Shown here in pieces: positions 60,929-64,000 of a DNA stretch of 64,000 nt; position 1 is the stretch's first letter, and each line of letters opens with the position of its first letter. Source of the DNA: the human T2T-CHM13v2.0 reference genome, Homo sapiens; the NCBI RefSeq assembly GCF_009914755.1, contig NC_060940.1; one strand, 5' to 3'. The notes beneath the pieces are model-generated. The model was not told the origin of the DNA, did no database searches, and was given only the letters and a program-made list of their open reading frames with translations. Both the position numbers and the translations under genes were made by a program.

Positions 60929-61419
60929 TTTGAAATTAAAAAATTTAAACATAAAGCTGTTGAAACTTTAAATTATTTGAGCCTTGAGAGGAATGTGACT
61001 ATGTAGCCTGAATCACATAGAATGCAGCTGCAAATTCTGCTTCTGTCATTATAGATTAACTCCCACCCTTATTCCTGTACTATGGATGATTAGGAAAGAC
61101 TAAAAGGTGAAAGAGATAAGACCCCCCCTTGAGCCCATTAACCCTCCTTAGGGAACATTAAAGCAATTTTCCTTGGAATGTAGCAAACTGTAACCAATCA
61201 CGTAGCTGCAACTTATGTATTGGCCTTGGAATGGAAAATGTTGCAACTTCTAAATTTCTCTATCTCTCCCTGTATAAGTGAAATCTTTACTTCTCACTTG
61301 CAAGCACTCATTCCATTCTTTTGCAGTCAGTGTTATCCAGGTGGCTATCCTCAAGCTTGGCACTTGAATAAACTCTATACTTAATCACATCTCCTGATTT
61401 GTATTATTTAAGTTTGTCA
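60929..61419 (+). mobile_element. 3' LTR (~490 bp)
   Basis: Direct repeat of the 5' LTR; CCAAT near 61194, AATAAA at 61367, ends TGTCA. Confidence 0.92.
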
Positions 61420-62690
61420 CTTCCTGTATGCTTTTATTAATTTATTTCCATTATATGTATTCATTTAGGCCTTAATGTTTATTTGAATACTACAGTTCAT
61501 ATTATGTGACTTTATATTCTCCCTCAGTCATTATCATTGATTATTCCTGCTTTTTTATTAAACAACTTTGCACTTTGTATGAAATCACAATTGCCTCATG
61601 CAGGTAATCCTCTACGCAATAAAAAATGCACTCTTCTTAAGATAATGAAGAAGTTTCTGTAGACCGCAGGACACCTTACTGAATTAGAATGTACCAAATG
61701 CAGGGGCATTAAATATTCTGGATTTCTGCTTTGTAAGGCATCACACTTTTTACTCCAAATCCTGTGTGTTTTCTGTAATGAGGAAAGCAAAATGAAAAAT
61801 ATCTTATGCAAATGTTATGTGTCTGACAATTCACATACATTTTCTTTAACAAATCATTTAGCTATGTTCATTTTATACATAATCCAAGCCTCTCCAATAT
61901 CCCAATATTTTGATCATGCCATCATAGGAAACAAAAAATCAGATTCTAGCCCGATTTATATGATACCCTAGGTATTTTTCTTTTACTCTGATATTTTAAG
62001 TCAGGAATGTCAAAAGCTGAGTAGCCACATGTCAATTCCCTGATCTCTTTTTTCCTATTTGGCATTTTTGAATTAGGAAAAATTAGAACTAACATTTAAT
62101 CAATATCTACTTATGTCATGTACTATGGTGAGTGATTGGCCCACATTTTTATTTTTTTTCCCCCCAAAATGTCATATCACACTATTTTCTTTTTGGAGTT
62201 GAAATAATGGAACATTACTTAAAACTGATGATGTTCTAGTATAATACAGCTGGTGAAGGGGTAAATAACTGATAGAATAAATCAGTTTTAGAGTTGAGAT
62301 CCAAAGTCTAACTCTCCACTAGAAAGTGTTAACAAGAAACTGACGGTCTAAAACAGGCGGAAATTGGTATCCATACCCATGCAGTTCCACAATAACTAAC
62401 CAGAGCTGGGCCAAGAAAAAACAATGTGAAGAACAAATAGTAAATATTGAATATTTGCTAGAGAAAGTAACCACCCTTCTCTTCCTATTTACTTGGTGGA
62501 AAAAAAGAGGAAACCCCTTTCCAAATCTAGATCTGGCAAATCAAATCAAATTCTCAGGTATGAAACATCAGCATCAGGTGAATTAAAGAGGTAGAGTTAG
62601 CTACCACGCTAGGGGGAGAAACAACAGAGATATGGCCCCTAATAGATATACCCAAGTTTTGAAGTACAAGCTGTGGGAAGCCTGTGAAAT

Positions 62691-63317
62691 TGATACAAGG
62701 GCTTAAAAAAATTATTTAGGCAGATAGTGAGGGTAAGAGAGACCTTTGTGAAATTTCCTTTTAATAAAAAGCAGCCCCAAAGTAATTTCTTTTCTAACAA
62801 AAAGCAGCCTGAAAAATCAAGCTGCAAACATAGCTAAGCAAGCAGGAAGCTTGCATAAGTAAATGCCAGCAGCTGCGCCAACAGAAAAGGGATACCTGGC
62901 TTCCAGGTATGTTCAACATGGAGGCTCATTCTTCCCTTTTGTTTGTTGCCAAGTGTGCAGTAAAGAAGCAGACAACATGGCTCCGGCCAGGTAGAGAACC
63001 TATCTGCATAATAAAAGACTAGGGGAGAGTGGCCAGCTTCCTCAAGCACTATGTAAATGGCACACCTGGTCCAACCAATCCCTTGTGCCCTATGTAAATC
63101 AGACACTGCCTCCTCAAGCTCATCTATAAAATCAACTACATCTCCCCACTAACGGGAAGATCTGCTCAGAACCCCATCCCTTTGCACGAGGGAGCTTTCC
63201 TCTTTTGCCTGTTAAACTTCCACTCTTAAACTCACGTCTTGTGTGTCTGTGTTCTTGATTTCCTTGGCGTGAGGCAACAAACCTCGGGTATTACCCCAGA
63301 CGATTGAAGACACTTCA
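62691..63317 (+). mobile_element. ERV1 solo LTR, LTR9-like (HUERS-P3)
   Basis: TGATACAAGG...AAATTATTTAGGCAGATAGTGAGGG start, CCAAT and TATAAAA motifs, ends CTTCA; perfect 4-bp TSD AAAT. Confidence 0.85.
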
Positions 63318-63480
63318 AAATTACCTCATTCCTGCACCTAATCCCATGTATATAGGGTGCATATTTAGTATATCATCCAAATTAGGACCCTTCTTGAAGT
63401 GTGTGAAGGCCCTAATAATAGTCAGATTTTGAGAGAAGGAATAAACCAGGATGATTCCAAAAGAGTTCAATATGTGTTGA

Positions 63481-63859
<379 letters not shown>

Positions 63860-64000
63860 CTGCCTCTCCACGTTTTTCTAGTTTATCAGGTTCTATATGT
63901 TCCTCAAATAGTGTCCTGCAATGCCCAAGATACACTTTCTAAATTTGCTTTCCCAAAGACCAACATTTCTACATGCTCTAAATTATTTTCTATCAAAAGG

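Overview
Human, repeat-rich, non-coding DNA; a fully diagnostic AluYa5 at 41286-41592 points to human. I found no intact cellular protein-coding gene, RNA gene or CRISPR array, and nearly all listed ORFs are Alu, L1 or LTR read-throughs or chance ORFs. The window holds about 28 Alus, a twin-primed inverted L1PA, a long old L1M, a Ricksha MULE transposon, several nested MaLR/ERVL/ERV1 LTRs, and L2/MIR relics. The main structure is a degenerate but near-complete ERV1-class provirus (50894-61419; LTR-PBS-gag-pro-pol-env-PPT-LTR) whose env resembles HERV-R(b)/PABL_B. Its 5' LTR is split by a ~1 kb polyadenylated chimeric retrocopy containing one PLCXD1-like exon joined to unrelated sequence. That insert is the most unusual feature; any function is unproven. 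Repeat family names come from recalled consensus sequences, not a search, and boundaries are approximate unless a target-site duplication (TSD) is quoted.
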